Assembly (NCBI GenBank): GCA_007124745.1
Contig: SLEO01000019.1
Coordinates: forward strand, 1-56,177
From: Myxococcales bacterium
GTDB taxonomy: Bacteria > Myxococcota_A > Polyangia > Polyangiales > SLQV01
Length of the DNA: 56,177 nt
Direction: 5' to 3'
The translations under genes and the position numbers were made by a program. Position 1 is the stretch's first letter, and every line of letters begins with the position of its first letter. The notes under the pieces were generated by a model. That model was not told the origin of the DNA, ran no database searches, and worked only from the letters and a program-made list of their open reading frames with translations. Of the stretch, positions 1 through 10,460 are shown piece after piece.

Positions 1-163
1 GAGCCGTGGGCTGAAGGCGCCCTGCTCAATCGCCTCTGCCCGCAAGACGGGCCAAAGCCCTCGCACCGTCTCGGCGCTTCCCATTCCGGCGCACCGTAGC
101 TGCGGAAGGAGAGCTGTTCCCCGAGCTCAAGCTCGCGTTGCTGCCTTGGTCACAAGGTTGGGC

Positions 164-332
164 GTACTCATTGAACGGGCCGAGTACGCAAAAAGGGGGC
201 AGGGAAGGGCAAGCGGTTAAAGGGCCCGGCGCCCAGCTTTAGGCCACCTTATGCGCAGAGTGGGGGCGGGTTTGCCGGATTCAATCCCGCAAGCCCGGGG
301 GCATTTTGCTAACATGCCCACTAGATTGTTGC
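164..332 (-). mobile_element. MITE-like dispersed repeat, family A, copy 1 (reverse orientation, boundaries approximate)
   Basis: The reverse complement aligns block by block with 37643-37799, 40620-40793 and 45876-46363. Shared blocks are GGGCATGTTAGCAAAATGCCCCC, the GGGATTGAATCC stem-loop, AAGGTGGCCTAAAGC and the TTTTTGC tail. The element ends 2 bp from the proC stop codon. Confidence 0.55.
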
Positions 333-334
333 GC

Positions 335-1156
335 TTAGGCGAGTTCGTCGGCTCGGCGGCGCGCGGCCCGGACCGCACCCGCCAGCGCCGCGCGTACTTG
401 GGCCGCTTCGAGATGCGCGACTCCCGCAGCGGTGGTGCCGCCAGGGCTCGTCACCTGCCAACGCAGTGCCGCCGGTTCCGAGCCGTCTTGGGCCATGAGC
501 TTGCCGGTGCCTTCGAAAAGCGCCTGCACCAGGGCCAAGGCATGCTTTCGGGGCATGCCCTCGGCGACGGCAGCGTCGATGAGCGCTTCGGCGGCGAGCA
601 GAAGATACGCGGGGCCCGAACCGGCAACGGCGGTGGCTAGATTCATCTGCGGCTCGGGCAAGCGGAGGGCGCTGCCGAAGCGTGCCAGTACAGGTGTCAG
701 AAGCGCTTCGAGTGGCGCCGTGCAAGCGGGGTTCAGGCAGTAGGTCGTGGCGCTCGCGCCGACTCGCGCACCAAGGTTCGGCATCACGCGTGCGCAAGGC
801 TGCGTCTCGCCGAGCGCGTCCTCGAGAGCCGCGAGGGAAATGCCGGCGGCGATGGAAACGACCAACGTCTCTGGCCGCAGTGCGGGGCGCACCGCAGCGA
901 GTAGCGGCAGGACGCCCCCGGGCTTGACCGCCACGAAGAGAATGTCGGACCAGCGCGCGAGGTCGACCTGCGCCTCAAGGTCTGCAGCATCACTCACCTG
1001 CACCGCGAGTTCAGCGGCGAGGGCTTCCCGCCGGGCGGCATCGAAGTTTGAGGCTCGGAGCGCAAGTCCATCGGGAGATGCCGCCAGTGCGCGCAACAAA
1101 GCACCTCCCATCGAGCCCATACCGAAGAAGCCGATTCGCAACGTCACGTTGTCCAT
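335..1156 (-). CDS. proC: pyrroline-5-carboxylate reductase
   Basis: 273-aa ORF. It has an N-terminal Rossmann motif (IGFFGMGSMGGAL) and the C-terminal TSPGGTTAAG block typical of P5C reductases. Confidence 0.9.
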   Translation of the reverse strand: MDNVTLRIGFFGMGSMGGALLRALAASPDGLALRASNFDAARREALAAELAVQVSDAADLEAQVDLARWSDILFVAVKPGGVLPLLAAVRPALRPETLVVSIAAGISLAALEDALGETQPCARVMPNLGARVGASATTYCLNPACTAPLEALLTPVLARFGSALRLPEPQMNLATAVAGSGPAYLLLAAEALIDAAVAEGMPRKHALALVQALFEGTGKLMAQDGSEPAALRWQVTSPGGTTAAGVAHLEAAQVRAALAGAVRAARRRADELA

Positions 1157-1232
1157 ATCAACTTACCCTAGCCCAAGGGGACCACTCCTTTCCACGCGCC
1201 AGCCTTCGGTCCTAGGCTAGACTGGGAGTCGG

Positions 1233-2597
1233 ATGAAAACGTCAGCGAGCGAAAAGGGTCTAAGCGGGCCTCATGAGATAGGTGTGGAAGGACCGGAAGC
1301 AGCGGTGTGGCGGCAAAGGCAGTCGCAGCTTCTTGCCAAGAGCGCCCCTGATACGGTGGCGCTTGTTGCAGCGGCGCCTGTGCAGCGCCGCAGCGCCGAC
1401 ACCCACTTTCCCTACCGGCAGGACAGCGCCTTTTTTTACCTGACAGGCCTCCGAGAACCGGAATGCGTGCTCGCGCTGCGGCGCACCGCCGGCGGGACGG
1501 AAAGTGCGCTCTTCGTGCCGCCTAAGGACGCCCTCAAGGAACGCTGGGAAGGGCCGATGCTTGGGGTCGAGGGCGCGCTTGCGACAGCTAGGTTCGACAC
1601 CGTGCTGCCCACCGAAAAGGCGAAGCCTTTTTTGGCGAATTGGCTACTCAAGGCGCCCGATGTCTTGCTCGACCTCGGCCGGCGCGACGCAGCGAGCGAC
1701 GTGCTCTGGCAACTCGCGCTTCAGGGCAGCACAGGCCGCAGTGGCGGCGGTCTGCGGCGTCTTTCGAGTTTGGGCTACCACCTCGGTGTGGAGCGCCGCG
1801 TTAAGGATGACCGGGAAATCGAAGCGCTTTCGCATTCTGCCGCTATCGCAGCCTCGGCCCAGTGTGAAGCGATGCGCCTAGGGCGTCCCGGCGTCTTCGA
1901 ACATGAGCTTGAGGCGTGTCTCCTAGCTTCCTACCGGCGACAGGGCGCGGAAGGTCCGGCCTACGAGCCCATCGTCGGCGGTGGCGCTAGGGCGACGTTC
2001 CTGCACTACCGCAGCAACAACCAGCGTATTGAGGCAGGCGAGCTAGTGCTCATTGATGCGGGGTGTGAGGCCGACGGCTACGCCTCGGATATCACCCGCA
2101 CTTTTCCCGTAAGCGGCCGGTTCAGCGCGCCGCAGCGCGATCTCTACACCTGCGTCCTTGCGGCTCAGCATGCGGCGTTTGCCGCCTGCAAGCCGGGGCA
2201 GACGCTAGAGGCTGTCCACCAAGCCGCCGTTGCCGTCCTTGCCCAAGGCCTCATCGACCTCGGCGTCCTGCGGGGCAGCCTCGAAGAAGTCATCGAAGGG
2301 GGGCTCTATCGCCCCTACTACATGCACCAAACCTCCCACTGGATCGGTCTCGACGTCCACGACCCCTGTCCCTACCGCGACGATGCCGGTGAAGCGGTCA
2401 AGCTAGCGCCCGGCATGGTCCTCACCGTTGAGCCCGGCCTTTACTTCGGCGCAGACGTCGAGTCTCCCGACGCCTTTGCGGGCATCGGCATTCGCATCGA
2501 AGATGATGTTCTCATCACCGCCCAAGGCAGCACCATCCTCACCGCTGCTGTGCCCAGCGCTATCAACGCCGTCGAAGCGTTGTGCTCCGAGGTCTAG
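1233..2597 (+). CDS. pepP: Xaa-Pro aminopeptidase (peptidase M24B)
   Basis: 454-aa ORF. It has the HFPYRQDSAFFYLTG N-domain block and the M24 metal-ligand blocks DAGCE..DGYASDITRT, HQTSHWIGLDVHD, LTVEPGLY and IRIEDD. Confidence 0.85.
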   Translation: MKTSASEKGLSGPHEIGVEGPEAAVWRQRQSQLLAKSAPDTVALVAAAPVQRRSADTHFPYRQDSAFFYLTGLREPECVLALRRTAGGTESALFVPPKDALKERWEGPMLGVEGALATARFDTVLPTEKAKPFLANWLLKAPDVLLDLGRRDAASDVLWQLALQGSTGRSGGGLRRLSSLGYHLGVERRVKDDREIEALSHSAAIAASAQCEAMRLGRPGVFEHELEACLLASYRRQGAEGPAYEPIVGGGARATFLHYRSNNQRIEAGELVLIDAGCEADGYASDITRTFPVSGRFSAPQRDLYTCVLAAQHAAFAACKPGQTLEAVHQAAVAVLAQGLIDLGVLRGSLEEVIEGGLYRPYYMHQTSHWIGLDVHDPCPYRDDAGEAVKLAPGMVLTVEPGLYFGADVESPDAFAGIGIRIEDDVLITAQGSTILTAAVPSAINAVEALCSEV

Positions 2598-2615
2598 GTG
2601 CCGTGTGCCTCGGCG

Positions 2616-3059
2616 CTATTCGTCGCGGGGCGGGCGTAGCGTCAACACTGGAGCTGGGCTCAGACGTACGACGCGTTCGGCGACGCTACCGATAAGCAGG
2701 TGGGACAAGCCCGAGCGTCCGTGCGTGGCGATTACCAAGAGGTTGGCACCGCATTCTTCGGCTTCGGCGACAATCTCTTCGGCCGCGCCGCCCGAACGCA
2801 GCTTCGTTTCCACGTCAATGTCGGGGAAATACTTTGCGGCGGTCTGCTTGAGGCGCTCGGAGAGCTGCGAGTGGAGGTCGCTGAGGACTTCCGCGGTCGC
2901 AAAGATCACGCCTTCCGGCAGCGCGTAAGCTGGCACTTGGTAGACGTGAAGCAGCGTGACCTTGGCACCGAAGCGTGTCGCTAAGCTGTGCGCCGCGTGG
3001 AGGGCATGCGAAGCGTGCTCCGTAAAGTCTGTGGGAACCAAAATTCTTGAGATATCCAT
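2616..3059 (-). CDS. universal stress protein (UspA family)
   Basis: 147-aa ORF with the ILVPTDFT start and the LLVIATHGRSGL...GSVAERVV ATP-binding pattern of Usp domains. Confidence 0.8.
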   Translation of the reverse strand: MDISRILVPTDFTEHASHALHAAHSLATRFGAKVTLLHVYQVPAYALPEGVIFATAEVLSDLHSQLSERLKQTAAKYFPDIDVETKLRSGGAAEEIVAEAEECGANLLVIATHGRSGLSHLLIGSVAERVVRLSPAPVLTLRPPRDE

Positions 3060-3089
3060 GCTGTGCCTCCTCGTCTACTTTCTGAAGCC

Positions 3090-4682
3090 TTAACCGTCCG
3101 CGCGGGCGGGCGGTGCGGCGTCTTTGACCTCTTGGCTCACGCCGTCTTCAAAGGTCTTGAAGTTAGCGCGGAACCGTGTCGCCAGGTCTGTTGCGAGCTT
3201 GGCGTAGGCCTGCGGGTCGCGCCAAGTCTGCTGTGGCTTGAGGATTTCGCCGGGAACGCCCTCGACCGCATCGGGCACCGCGAGCCCAAAGAACGGCTCC
3301 GTCGTGTAGCTTGCGCTCTCAAGTGCGCCGGAGTGGATGGCATCGATGATCGCCCGGGTGGCCTTAAGGCTGATACGCTTGCCATCGCCGAAGGCGCCGC
3401 CTGTCCAGCCGGTGTTCACCAACCAGGTTGAAGCGCCGTGTTTTTGGATCTTGTCCGCGAGCAACTTCGCGTAGACGCCGGGGTGCCAGACCATGAACGG
3501 CGCGCCGAAGCAGGCAGAAAAGGTCGCTTGGGGCTCTTTGACGCCCATCTCGGTGCCCGCCACCTTGGCCGTGTAGCCGCTGATAAAGTGGTACATCGCC
3601 TGGGCGGGCGTCAGTTTCGAGACCGGAGGCAGCACGCCAAACGCGTCCGCCGTCAGAAAGATGACGTGCTTGGGATGACCCGTGATGCAAGGCAGCTTTG
3701 CTGTGGGGATGAACTCGATAGGATAACAGCCACGCGTGTTCTGCGTGATGCTCAGGTCGTCGTAGTCGACCGCCCGCGTGATTGGGTCGTACACCACGTT
3801 TTCCAGGACGCTGCCGAAGCGAATCGCGCGGTAGATGTCCGGTTCAGCCGCTTCGGAGAGGTTGTTGACCTTGGCGTAACAGCCGCCCTCAATGTTGAAG
3901 ATGCCGTTGTCGCTCCAGCAGTGTTCGTCGTCTCCGATGAGTTTGCGCTTCGGGTCTGCGGAGAGCGTGGTCTTGCCCGTACCGGATAAGCCGAACAAAA
4001 TCGACGACTGGCCGTCCTCGCCCTCCGTCGACGAACAATGCATCGAAAGCACGCCCTGCTTCGGCATGAAGTAGTTCATGACGGTGAAGACGCCTTTCTT
4101 CATCTCGCCGGCATACTCGGTGCCTAAGATGACCAGCTCCTTGCGCTCGAGGCTGAGGTCGATGCTCGTAGGCGACGTCATGCCCGTCGTGTACCGGTTT
4201 GCCGGGAAACGACCGGCATTGTAGATGACCACATCCGGGTCGCCGAAGCTCTCAAGCTCCTCCAGAGATGGGCGGATGAGCATATTGGTCATGAAAAGTG
4301 CGTGGTAGGCCCGCGAGCAAATGACCCGTACCTTCATTCGATACGCCGGGTCCCAGCCCGCGTACGCGTCAACGCAAAAGAGGCGTTCTTGCGTGTTCAG
4401 GTAGTCGACCGCGCGTTCACGGTTGATGCGGTAGACGTGCTCGTCGAGGCGGATGTTGATGTTGCCCCACCAGACATCATCGCGGGAGTCCGCGTGGTCC
4501 ACGACGCGCTTGTCGTTGGGGCTTCGGCCGGTCTTTTCCCCGGAAAGTGCGACCATGGCCCCACTATCGACGATGGCGGTCCCCTTCTCGAAGCGCAGTG
4601 CCAGCTCGTAGAGCTCAGCGGCAGAGAGATTGCGCGCAACGTCGTTCACGCGGATTCCGTGTTTAGCCAAGGACGCAAGCAT
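3090..4682 (-). CDS. pckA: phosphoenolpyruvate carboxykinase (ATP)
   Basis: It carries the GLSGTGKTTLS kinase motif plus IGDDEHCW and NTGWTGG. The ORF is open to 4718, but its first 12 codons (MQIRGRRRRRLS) look like an extension, so the start is set at ATG 4682. Confidence 0.92.
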   Translation of the reverse strand: MLASLAKHGIRVNDVARNLSAAELYELALRFEKGTAIVDSGAMVALSGEKTGRSPNDKRVVDHADSRDDVWWGNINIRLDEHVYRINRERAVDYLNTQERLFCVDAYAGWDPAYRMKVRVICSRAYHALFMTNMLIRPSLEELESFGDPDVVIYNAGRFPANRYTTGMTSPTSIDLSLERKELVILGTEYAGEMKKGVFTVMNYFMPKQGVLSMHCSSTEGEDGQSSILFGLSGTGKTTLSADPKRKLIGDDEHCWSDNGIFNIEGGCYAKVNNLSEAAEPDIYRAIRFGSVLENVVYDPITRAVDYDDLSITQNTRGCYPIEFIPTAKLPCITGHPKHVIFLTADAFGVLPPVSKLTPAQAMYHFISGYTAKVAGTEMGVKEPQATFSACFGAPFMVWHPGVYAKLLADKIQKHGASTWLVNTGWTGGAFGDGKRISLKATRAIIDAIHSGALESASYTTEPFFGLAVPDAVEGVPGEILKPQQTWRDPQAYAKLATDLATRFRANFKTFEDGVSQEVKDAAPPARADG

Positions 4683-4847
4683 AGAGAGTCGTCTCCGTCG
4701 GCGGCCGCGTATCTGCACCGCCTACGGTATGATGTGCCACGACTTGTTTAAGCTTCAAGGCATCGTGTACGCAGGCCGTGCGAAGACGCGGCGCGGTGGG
4801 CGTATCCGGCTTGCTGGCCCGCCCTTTGGTGTTTACACCGCAGCCCT

Positions 4848-6248
4848 ATGGAATGCGCCAACGTCTCTTTTCCTTGGGTTTCCTCCCGGCGCCATGCCGC
4901 GGGCTGGCCGCGCGCCCGCCGTTCTTGGGGTCACTTTGGCTTAGTGTTCGCACTAGGTTGTTCCTCAGGCACATGCGGCACCTGCGGGCCAGGACAGATG
5001 GCGGCCGTTAGCGAAGAAGAGACGTCGGATAACGCGACGAAAAGACAAAAGCGTGCGGCCGCGGAGGCGGGACGAGACTTCGATCCCAAGCGCTTCAAGA
5101 CGCTCATTGCGACCTACTCCGAGTTCCCCGTCAACGACGGTCAGGTGGCCACGACGCCCGGGCCTGCGCTTGTAGAGTTTCTGCGCCCGGGTGAAGAGCC
5201 CTCGGAGCCCTGGCGCGTGCGGGCCCTGCGCGATTCGGAGAGCAACGTCATCCACAACGCCCTCGTCGACCTAAGCGCCGAACAGGTCACGCTCTACACC
5301 CTCGGCGGTTCGGCCGCGATTCTGAAGCGCTGGGTCCGGCACGGAGAGCAGTTCGAGGCCACCACGCTTTGGAAAGAGGACTTTGGCGGACGCTTCTCGC
5401 GTATGCGCGATGCCGCCTGGGTCGGTGACAGCTTCCAGTCGATGGTCATCGGCACCCATGACCAAGGCGTCGTGGCGCTGCTCGACGTGAAATCTCGGGA
5501 GCTCAAGCGCCTCTATAAGGAGCCTAACACCTTCATCCACGAGGTTGAGATCGGAGATCTTGATGGTGATGGTAAGGTCGAGGCCTACGTGACCGCCAGT
5601 GAACCCAACAAGTTCAAGCATGAAGTGCAGCGCGGCAAAGTCCTGCGCATCGACTTCGACGGCGAGGTTAAGGTGACGGTCGTCGTCGACTTCGGCGACC
5701 GTCACGCCAAAGAAATCCTCGTAGGGGATGTCGATGGTGACGGTAGAGATGAACTCTACGCAGCCGTCGAAAGTACGCACGCCAGCGATGCGACGGCTGC
5801 GCGCGTGGATATTGTTCGCATCGATGCAGCCACAACGCCCGGCACAACGCCTGGGGAGGCGTACGAGACAGCGACGGTGGCGCACCTTGTCGACCGGCAG
5901 TGCCGCTTTCTTACGGCGGGTGACATCGACGGCGATGGCAAAAAAGAGCTGGTGGCGGCAGCTTTCCGAGCGGGCGTGTGGCTGATGCGCCCCGGCAAGA
6001 ATCCGAAAGAGAAATGGTCGATGGAAGTCATGGACGACCAGTCTTCGGGGTTTGAGCACGCGGCACTGCTCGCGGACCTCGATGGCGACGGACTCGACGA
6101 ACTCTACGTGGCTGCAGATGACCAGGGCGAGCTGCGGCGCTATGTCTACCGCGGCGGCAAGCTTCGTCGTCGCGTCATCGCTACCCGTGAGCACCCGCGC
6201 TCGAGATTGACCTGGAACCTAGCGGTCGCACCGCCCATGGATTTCTGA
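4848..6248 (+). CDS. FG-GAP/VCBS-like repeat lipoprotein
   Basis: Four Ca-binding-like repeats (DLDGDGKVE, DVDGDGRDE, DIDGDGKKE, DLDGDGLDE) are each followed by hydrophobic strands. There is a lipobox-like LVFALGC near the N-terminus. ATG 4998 is an alternative start. Confidence 0.72.
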   Translation: MECANVSFPWVSSRRHAAGWPRARRSWGHFGLVFALGCSSGTCGTCGPGQMAAVSEEETSDNATKRQKRAAAEAGRDFDPKRFKTLIATYSEFPVNDGQVATTPGPALVEFLRPGEEPSEPWRVRALRDSESNVIHNALVDLSAEQVTLYTLGGSAAILKRWVRHGEQFEATTLWKEDFGGRFSRMRDAAWVGDSFQSMVIGTHDQGVVALLDVKSRELKRLYKEPNTFIHEVEIGDLDGDGKVEAYVTASEPNKFKHEVQRGKVLRIDFDGEVKVTVVVDFGDRHAKEILVGDVDGDGRDELYAAVESTHASDATAARVDIVRIDAATTPGTTPGEAYETATVAHLVDRQCRFLTAGDIDGDGKKELVAAAFRAGVWLMRPGKNPKEKWSMEVMDDQSSGFEHAALLADLDGDGLDELYVAADDQGELRRYVYRGGKLRRRVIATREHPRSRLTWNLAVAPPMDF

Positions 6249-6353
6249 AGCGCGCGCCGAGACGCGCGTCACCAGCGATGACACCCACAGCGGGAAGACC
6301 AGCAGTGAAGAACCCAACCGCAAGCACTAAGAGCAAGAACAGGACCTCGCGCG

Positions 6354-9300
6354 ATGAGTAGCGTAGTGGACGCCAAAGCGCGTTTTGAGCACAGGCAGCA
6401 GGTGGCCGCTGGACAGCAGAGCCAAGCGCAACCCGGGGAGCGTACAACCCTTGAGCTGGGGGTGGATGGGTTCAGCTACGCCGACCTCCACAAACCCGAA
6501 CGACTCCATGCGCTCTTTGACGTCTTTGGTCGGTGGTTCGAAAGCGAGAACGCCCCGGCCCACGGGCTCTGGCGGAACTACCTCGACGCGGGCGACTCCC
6601 TCAGCGCCGTGGAGACGTCCCGAGTGATAACGGACACCGCGCCCTTCGTGTCGCGCTTCATGCTGAAGCTCTTTGGAGTCGAGGGCCCCGGCGCAGCGCT
6701 GTCCGACAAAGTGTGTTTCGAGCAGTCGCTCTTCGAGTTCCGGCGACTCTTCGTGCGCCCTCGTTTTTACCTTCGCAAGGATAGCAGTCAGAGCGACAGC
6801 GGCGCGCTTGCGCCCCTCGGCGAGACGCTTTTGGCAGAGCTGCCGTCCGAACTCACCGAGCCGGCCCGCACGCTGGCAGAAGACACGGAGGCACGCTTTG
6901 CCGCCATCGCGCTCGAGCTGCTTGCAGCACAGCGTGAACTGAAGCTCAAACCCGGGGGAGCAGAGGGTGCCGCGCCGGCGCGCGCGCTTCCATCCCCTTT
7001 GGTGACTCAGACCTTCGCGCTTGTGGCGGCTTGGCTAGACGCGCAGCCCGACGCCGCTCTGTCCGACGCGGTCCGGCGTCACCTTGAGGAAAGCCCGGAA
7101 GCGGGCAGCAGCCACTCGCAGCTAAGCTTGATCGCGCTTGCGCTCGATGCCCTCGAAGTCGTGCTGCGGGGGCTTCACGCGCAAGGCATCTGCGAAAGAT
7201 GGCTTACCTTCTATGAGCCCGAGAAGGTGAATGATGGCGCGCTAGTGCCCCTTGAGCGGGTCGCGCTGGGCAAGGTTATGGCGCTCGAAGGGCTGGCGTC
7301 GCACCGGCGCGAGCGCGACGAGCCTTTTGCGCTGACGGATACCCGCGGCACGCTGCGCGATGTGGCCAAGGAAGTGGATTATTGCGTCCTCTGCCAAACG
7401 CGGGACAAAGACTCGTGCTCCAAAGGCCTGCGCGACAAGCAAGGTGCCATCAAGCGCAACGCGCTGGGCGTCGAGCTCAAAGGCTGCCCGCTCGACGAGA
7501 AAATCGGCGAAATGCACGCCTTGCGCAAGGTCGGGGACATCGTGGCCGCGTTGGCGACGGCGGCCATCGATAACCCCATGCTCGCGGGCACGGGCCACCG
7601 CATTTGCAACGACTGCATGAAGGGCTGCATCTTCCAGCAGCAAGAGCCCGTTAACATCCCCAAGATAGAAACGCGCGTCCTCTCGGACGTGCTTGCGCTG
7701 CCCTGGGGCGTCGAGATTTACCAGCTATTGACCCGCTGGAATCCCCTCAACCGACACCGTCCCTACCCATTGCCGTTCAATGGCAAGAAGGTGTTGGTCG
7801 TGGGCCTCGGCCCGGCGGGCTACACCCTCTGTCACTACCTTCTCAATGAGGGGTTTGCGGTTGTGGCCATCGATGGCCTCAAACTCGAGCCCTTGCCCTC
7901 GGCCTGGGTGGGGCCTGAACGCGCGCCCATTCGCGATTTCTCCACCCTTGAGGAGCCGCTCGAGACGCGCATCAACTACGGCTTTGGCGGGGTGAGCGAG
8001 TACGGCATCACCGTGCGCTGGGACAAGAACTTCCTCCTGCTCACCTACCTGACCCTTGCGCGGCGCGGCAACTTCCAGGCGTTCGGCGGCATTCGTTTCG
8101 GTGGTACGTTAACGCTGGACGACGCCTGGTCGCTCGGCTTTGACCACGTCGCCATCGCGGCGGGCGCAGGCCGCCCCCAGCGCGTGCCCATGAAGAACGA
8201 ACTGCTGCGTGGCGTACGCGCCGCTAGCGACTTTCTGATGGGCCTGCAGCTTACGGGCGCCTACAAGCGGGATGCCCTCGCCAATGTGCAGGTGCGCTTG
8301 CCCGCTGTCGTCGTGGGTGGCGGCCTGACGGCCGTGGACACGGCTACCGAGCTGCTCGCCTACTACGTGGTGGAGGCCGAGCGCGCTGCGAAGCGCTACC
8401 GCGCCCTCGAAGAGGCCTACGGCGCCGACGTCCTGAGCAAGGTCTTCGACGAGGAGGAGCGCGCCATTGTTGACGAGCTCGTGGGGCACGGGGAGGCGCT
8501 GCTCGCCGAACGCGCGGCCGCCGCGGCTGCCGGTCGCAAGCCCGAAGTGCAGAAGCTGCTGCGCAGCTGGGGAGGCGTGACGCTGGTCTATCGCAAGTCG
8601 CTGAGCCAAGCGCCGGCTTACCGGCTTAACCACGAGGAGGTCGCGAAAGCGATGGAGGAGGGCGTGCGTTTCGTCGAAGCGCTCACGCCTATCGAGGCGC
8701 ACGCGGACAGCTACGGTGCGCTCGAAGGCGTCACCTTCGAACGTACCGACGGCGGCAACGCCCAGGCGCCGGAGCGCGTCCGCTTGCCTGTCAAAACCAT
8801 GTGTATCGCCGCTGGCACGAAACCCAACGTCGGCTACGAAGACGAGTTTCCAGGCACCTTCGAACTCGATGACCGCGGCTACTTCTCCGGCTACCGCGTG
8901 CTTGGGTCACCCTCTTCGGAGCTGCGTGCGCAATCCGACAAGCAGCTCGTGGCCGCCGAGGACGGAAGCGGTTTCCTCACGAGCTACCGGGGGCCCGAGG
9001 GGCAGTGTGTGTCCTTCTACGGCGACAACCACCCCACCTACGCTGGCAGCGTCGTGAAGGCGATGGCGAGCGCCAAGCACGGCTACCGCGCAGTAGCCAA
9101 CCTGCTGCAGGACTGCCGGCCCGCCAGCGACGCGTCGCTGGAAGCCTTTCAGCAGAGTTGTGCTGACGCACTGACGGCGCGTGTGCACCGCGTCACGCGC
9201 CTCGCCGACGATATTGTCGAGGTCGTCATCCATGCGCCGCTCGCTGCGCGCAAGTTCGAACCCGGTCAGTTCTATCGGCTGCAGAACTTCGAAAGCTTGG

Positions 9301-10190
9301 CGCCTAGTCTCGGCGGGATGCGGCTGACGATGGAAGGCTTGGCGTTGACGGGGGCTTCCGTCGACCACGAGAAGGGTCTGCTTTCCACGATCGCCCTAGA
9401 GATGGGCTCGTCGTCGCGCATGTGCTCGCTGCTGGAAGAGGGCGAGCCCGTGGTGTTGATGGGGCCCACCGGGGCACCTACCGTGATTCCCGCTGGCGAA
9501 AAAGTGCTGCTGGCCGGCGGAGGCCTTGGCAACGCCGTGCTCTTCAGCATCGCACGCGCCATCCGTGAACGCGGCAGCGAGGTGATTTACTTCGCCGGCT
9601 ACAAGCGGGGAGAGGGCCTCTTCAAGCAGGACGAGGTCGAAGCCGCCACCGACCAGGTCATCTGGTCGACGGATTCAGGCGCAGAAATCACGCCTCGGCG
9701 CCCGCAAGACCAGCATTTCCGCGGCAATATTGTGGAGGCGATGCTCGCCTACGCCCGCGGCGAACTCGGCCCGGTGCGCATCTCTCTCGCGGATGTAGAC
9801 CGCATCATCGCCATCGGGTCAGACCGCATGATGGCGGCGGTGAAGAGCGCACGTGGAGGCGTCCTCGCCCCGTACCTCAAGCCGTCCCATCGCGCGATAG
9901 GCTCTATTAACTCACCGATGCAGTGCATGATGAAGGCGATTTGCGCCCAATGTCTCCAGCGCGTGACCGACCCGGTCACTGGCGCTTCGACGCTCGTCTA
10001 CATCTGCGCCGAGCAGGACCAAGAACTCGACCGCGTCGACTTCGGCCACCTAGCAGCGCGCCTGCGCCAAAACTCAGCCCTGGAGAAGCTGAGCGACCTC
10101 TGGTTCTCCCACCAAGTGCGTACCCACACGGTCACCTCCTCACGCCTAGTCGACGCCCGCCGCCTAAGCCTCCGCCCCGTCGGCGCCTAA
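6354..10190 (+). CDS. large fused iron-sulfur flavoprotein: GltD/NfnB-like module plus PyrK/NfnA-like module with an unassigned N-terminal region
   Basis: 1278-aa ORF. It has Cys clusters (CVLCQ..C, CNDCMKGC) and dinucleotide folds (VLVVGLGPAGYT, VVVGGGLTAVD). These are followed by a ferredoxin-reductase-type module (FYRLQ, LLAGGGLGNA) and a C-terminal Cys cluster (CMMKAICAQC...C). Confidence 0.78.
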   Translation: MSSVVDAKARFEHRQQVAAGQQSQAQPGERTTLELGVDGFSYADLHKPERLHALFDVFGRWFESENAPAHGLWRNYLDAGDSLSAVETSRVITDTAPFVSRFMLKLFGVEGPGAALSDKVCFEQSLFEFRRLFVRPRFYLRKDSSQSDSGALAPLGETLLAELPSELTEPARTLAEDTEARFAAIALELLAAQRELKLKPGGAEGAAPARALPSPLVTQTFALVAAWLDAQPDAALSDAVRRHLEESPEAGSSHSQLSLIALALDALEVVLRGLHAQGICERWLTFYEPEKVNDGALVPLERVALGKVMALEGLASHRRERDEPFALTDTRGTLRDVAKEVDYCVLCQTRDKDSCSKGLRDKQGAIKRNALGVELKGCPLDEKIGEMHALRKVGDIVAALATAAIDNPMLAGTGHRICNDCMKGCIFQQQEPVNIPKIETRVLSDVLALPWGVEIYQLLTRWNPLNRHRPYPLPFNGKKVLVVGLGPAGYTLCHYLLNEGFAVVAIDGLKLEPLPSAWVGPERAPIRDFSTLEEPLETRINYGFGGVSEYGITVRWDKNFLLLTYLTLARRGNFQAFGGIRFGGTLTLDDAWSLGFDHVAIAAGAGRPQRVPMKNELLRGVRAASDFLMGLQLTGAYKRDALANVQVRLPAVVVGGGLTAVDTATELLAYYVVEAERAAKRYRALEEAYGADVLSKVFDEEERAIVDELVGHGEALLAERAAAAAAGRKPEVQKLLRSWGGVTLVYRKSLSQAPAYRLNHEEVAKAMEEGVRFVEALTPIEAHADSYGALEGVTFERTDGGNAQAPERVRLPVKTMCIAAGTKPNVGYEDEFPGTFELDDRGYFSGYRVLGSPSSELRAQSDKQLVAAEDGSGFLTSYRGPEGQCVSFYGDNHPTYAGSVVKAMASAKHGYRAVANLLQDCRPASDASLEAFQQSCADALTARVHRVTRLADDIVEVVIHAPLAARKFEPGQFYRLQNFESLAPSLGGMRLTMEGLALTGASVDHEKGLLSTIALEMGSSSRMCSLLEEGEPVVLMGPTGAPTVIPAGEKVLLAGGGLGNAVLFSIARAIRERGSEVIYFAGYKRGEGLFKQDEVEAATDQVIWSTDSGAEITPRRPQDQHFRGNIVEAMLAYARGELGPVRISLADVDRIIAIGSDRMMAAVKSARGGVLAPYLKPSHRAIGSINSPMQCMMKAICAQCLQRVTDPVTGASTLVYICAEQDQELDRVDFGHLAARLRQNSALEKLSDLWFSHQVRTHTVTSSRLVDARRLSLRPVGA

Positions 10191-10460
10191 GCGCCGTCGG
10201 GAAGCCGGTAGAGCAGGCATCGAAACGAACGGCACAACCAACGATCCAGGCCTCCTACGTGGACCTCGCGAGAAATCTCGAAGTCCCGCAAGAAGTGGGG
10301 CACTTTCTCGTGTGGCCGCTGCACGTCCCCGAGCTGTCATGTACAATTCCCAGGAGCCGTCCCTCTTTTTGGTGGCGTTCGCGATTCAGCGGGGCGAAAG
10401 CGTTGCTAGTTCCTGCGGTTAATCTGACAGTGCACGTAGTTCTGTGGCTTCCTGCTTACC

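Noticed and set aside
4683-4718. N-terminal extensions of the longest ORFs for pckA, pilB (16853-16867), gcvH (44555-44776), trxB (54126-54167), the S1 protease (44635-44748) and the 52150 ORF.
   Set aside because: Internal ATGs give N-termini that match the known family starts or proper signal peptides. The upstream codons are Arg-rich or consist of repeat-derived sequence.
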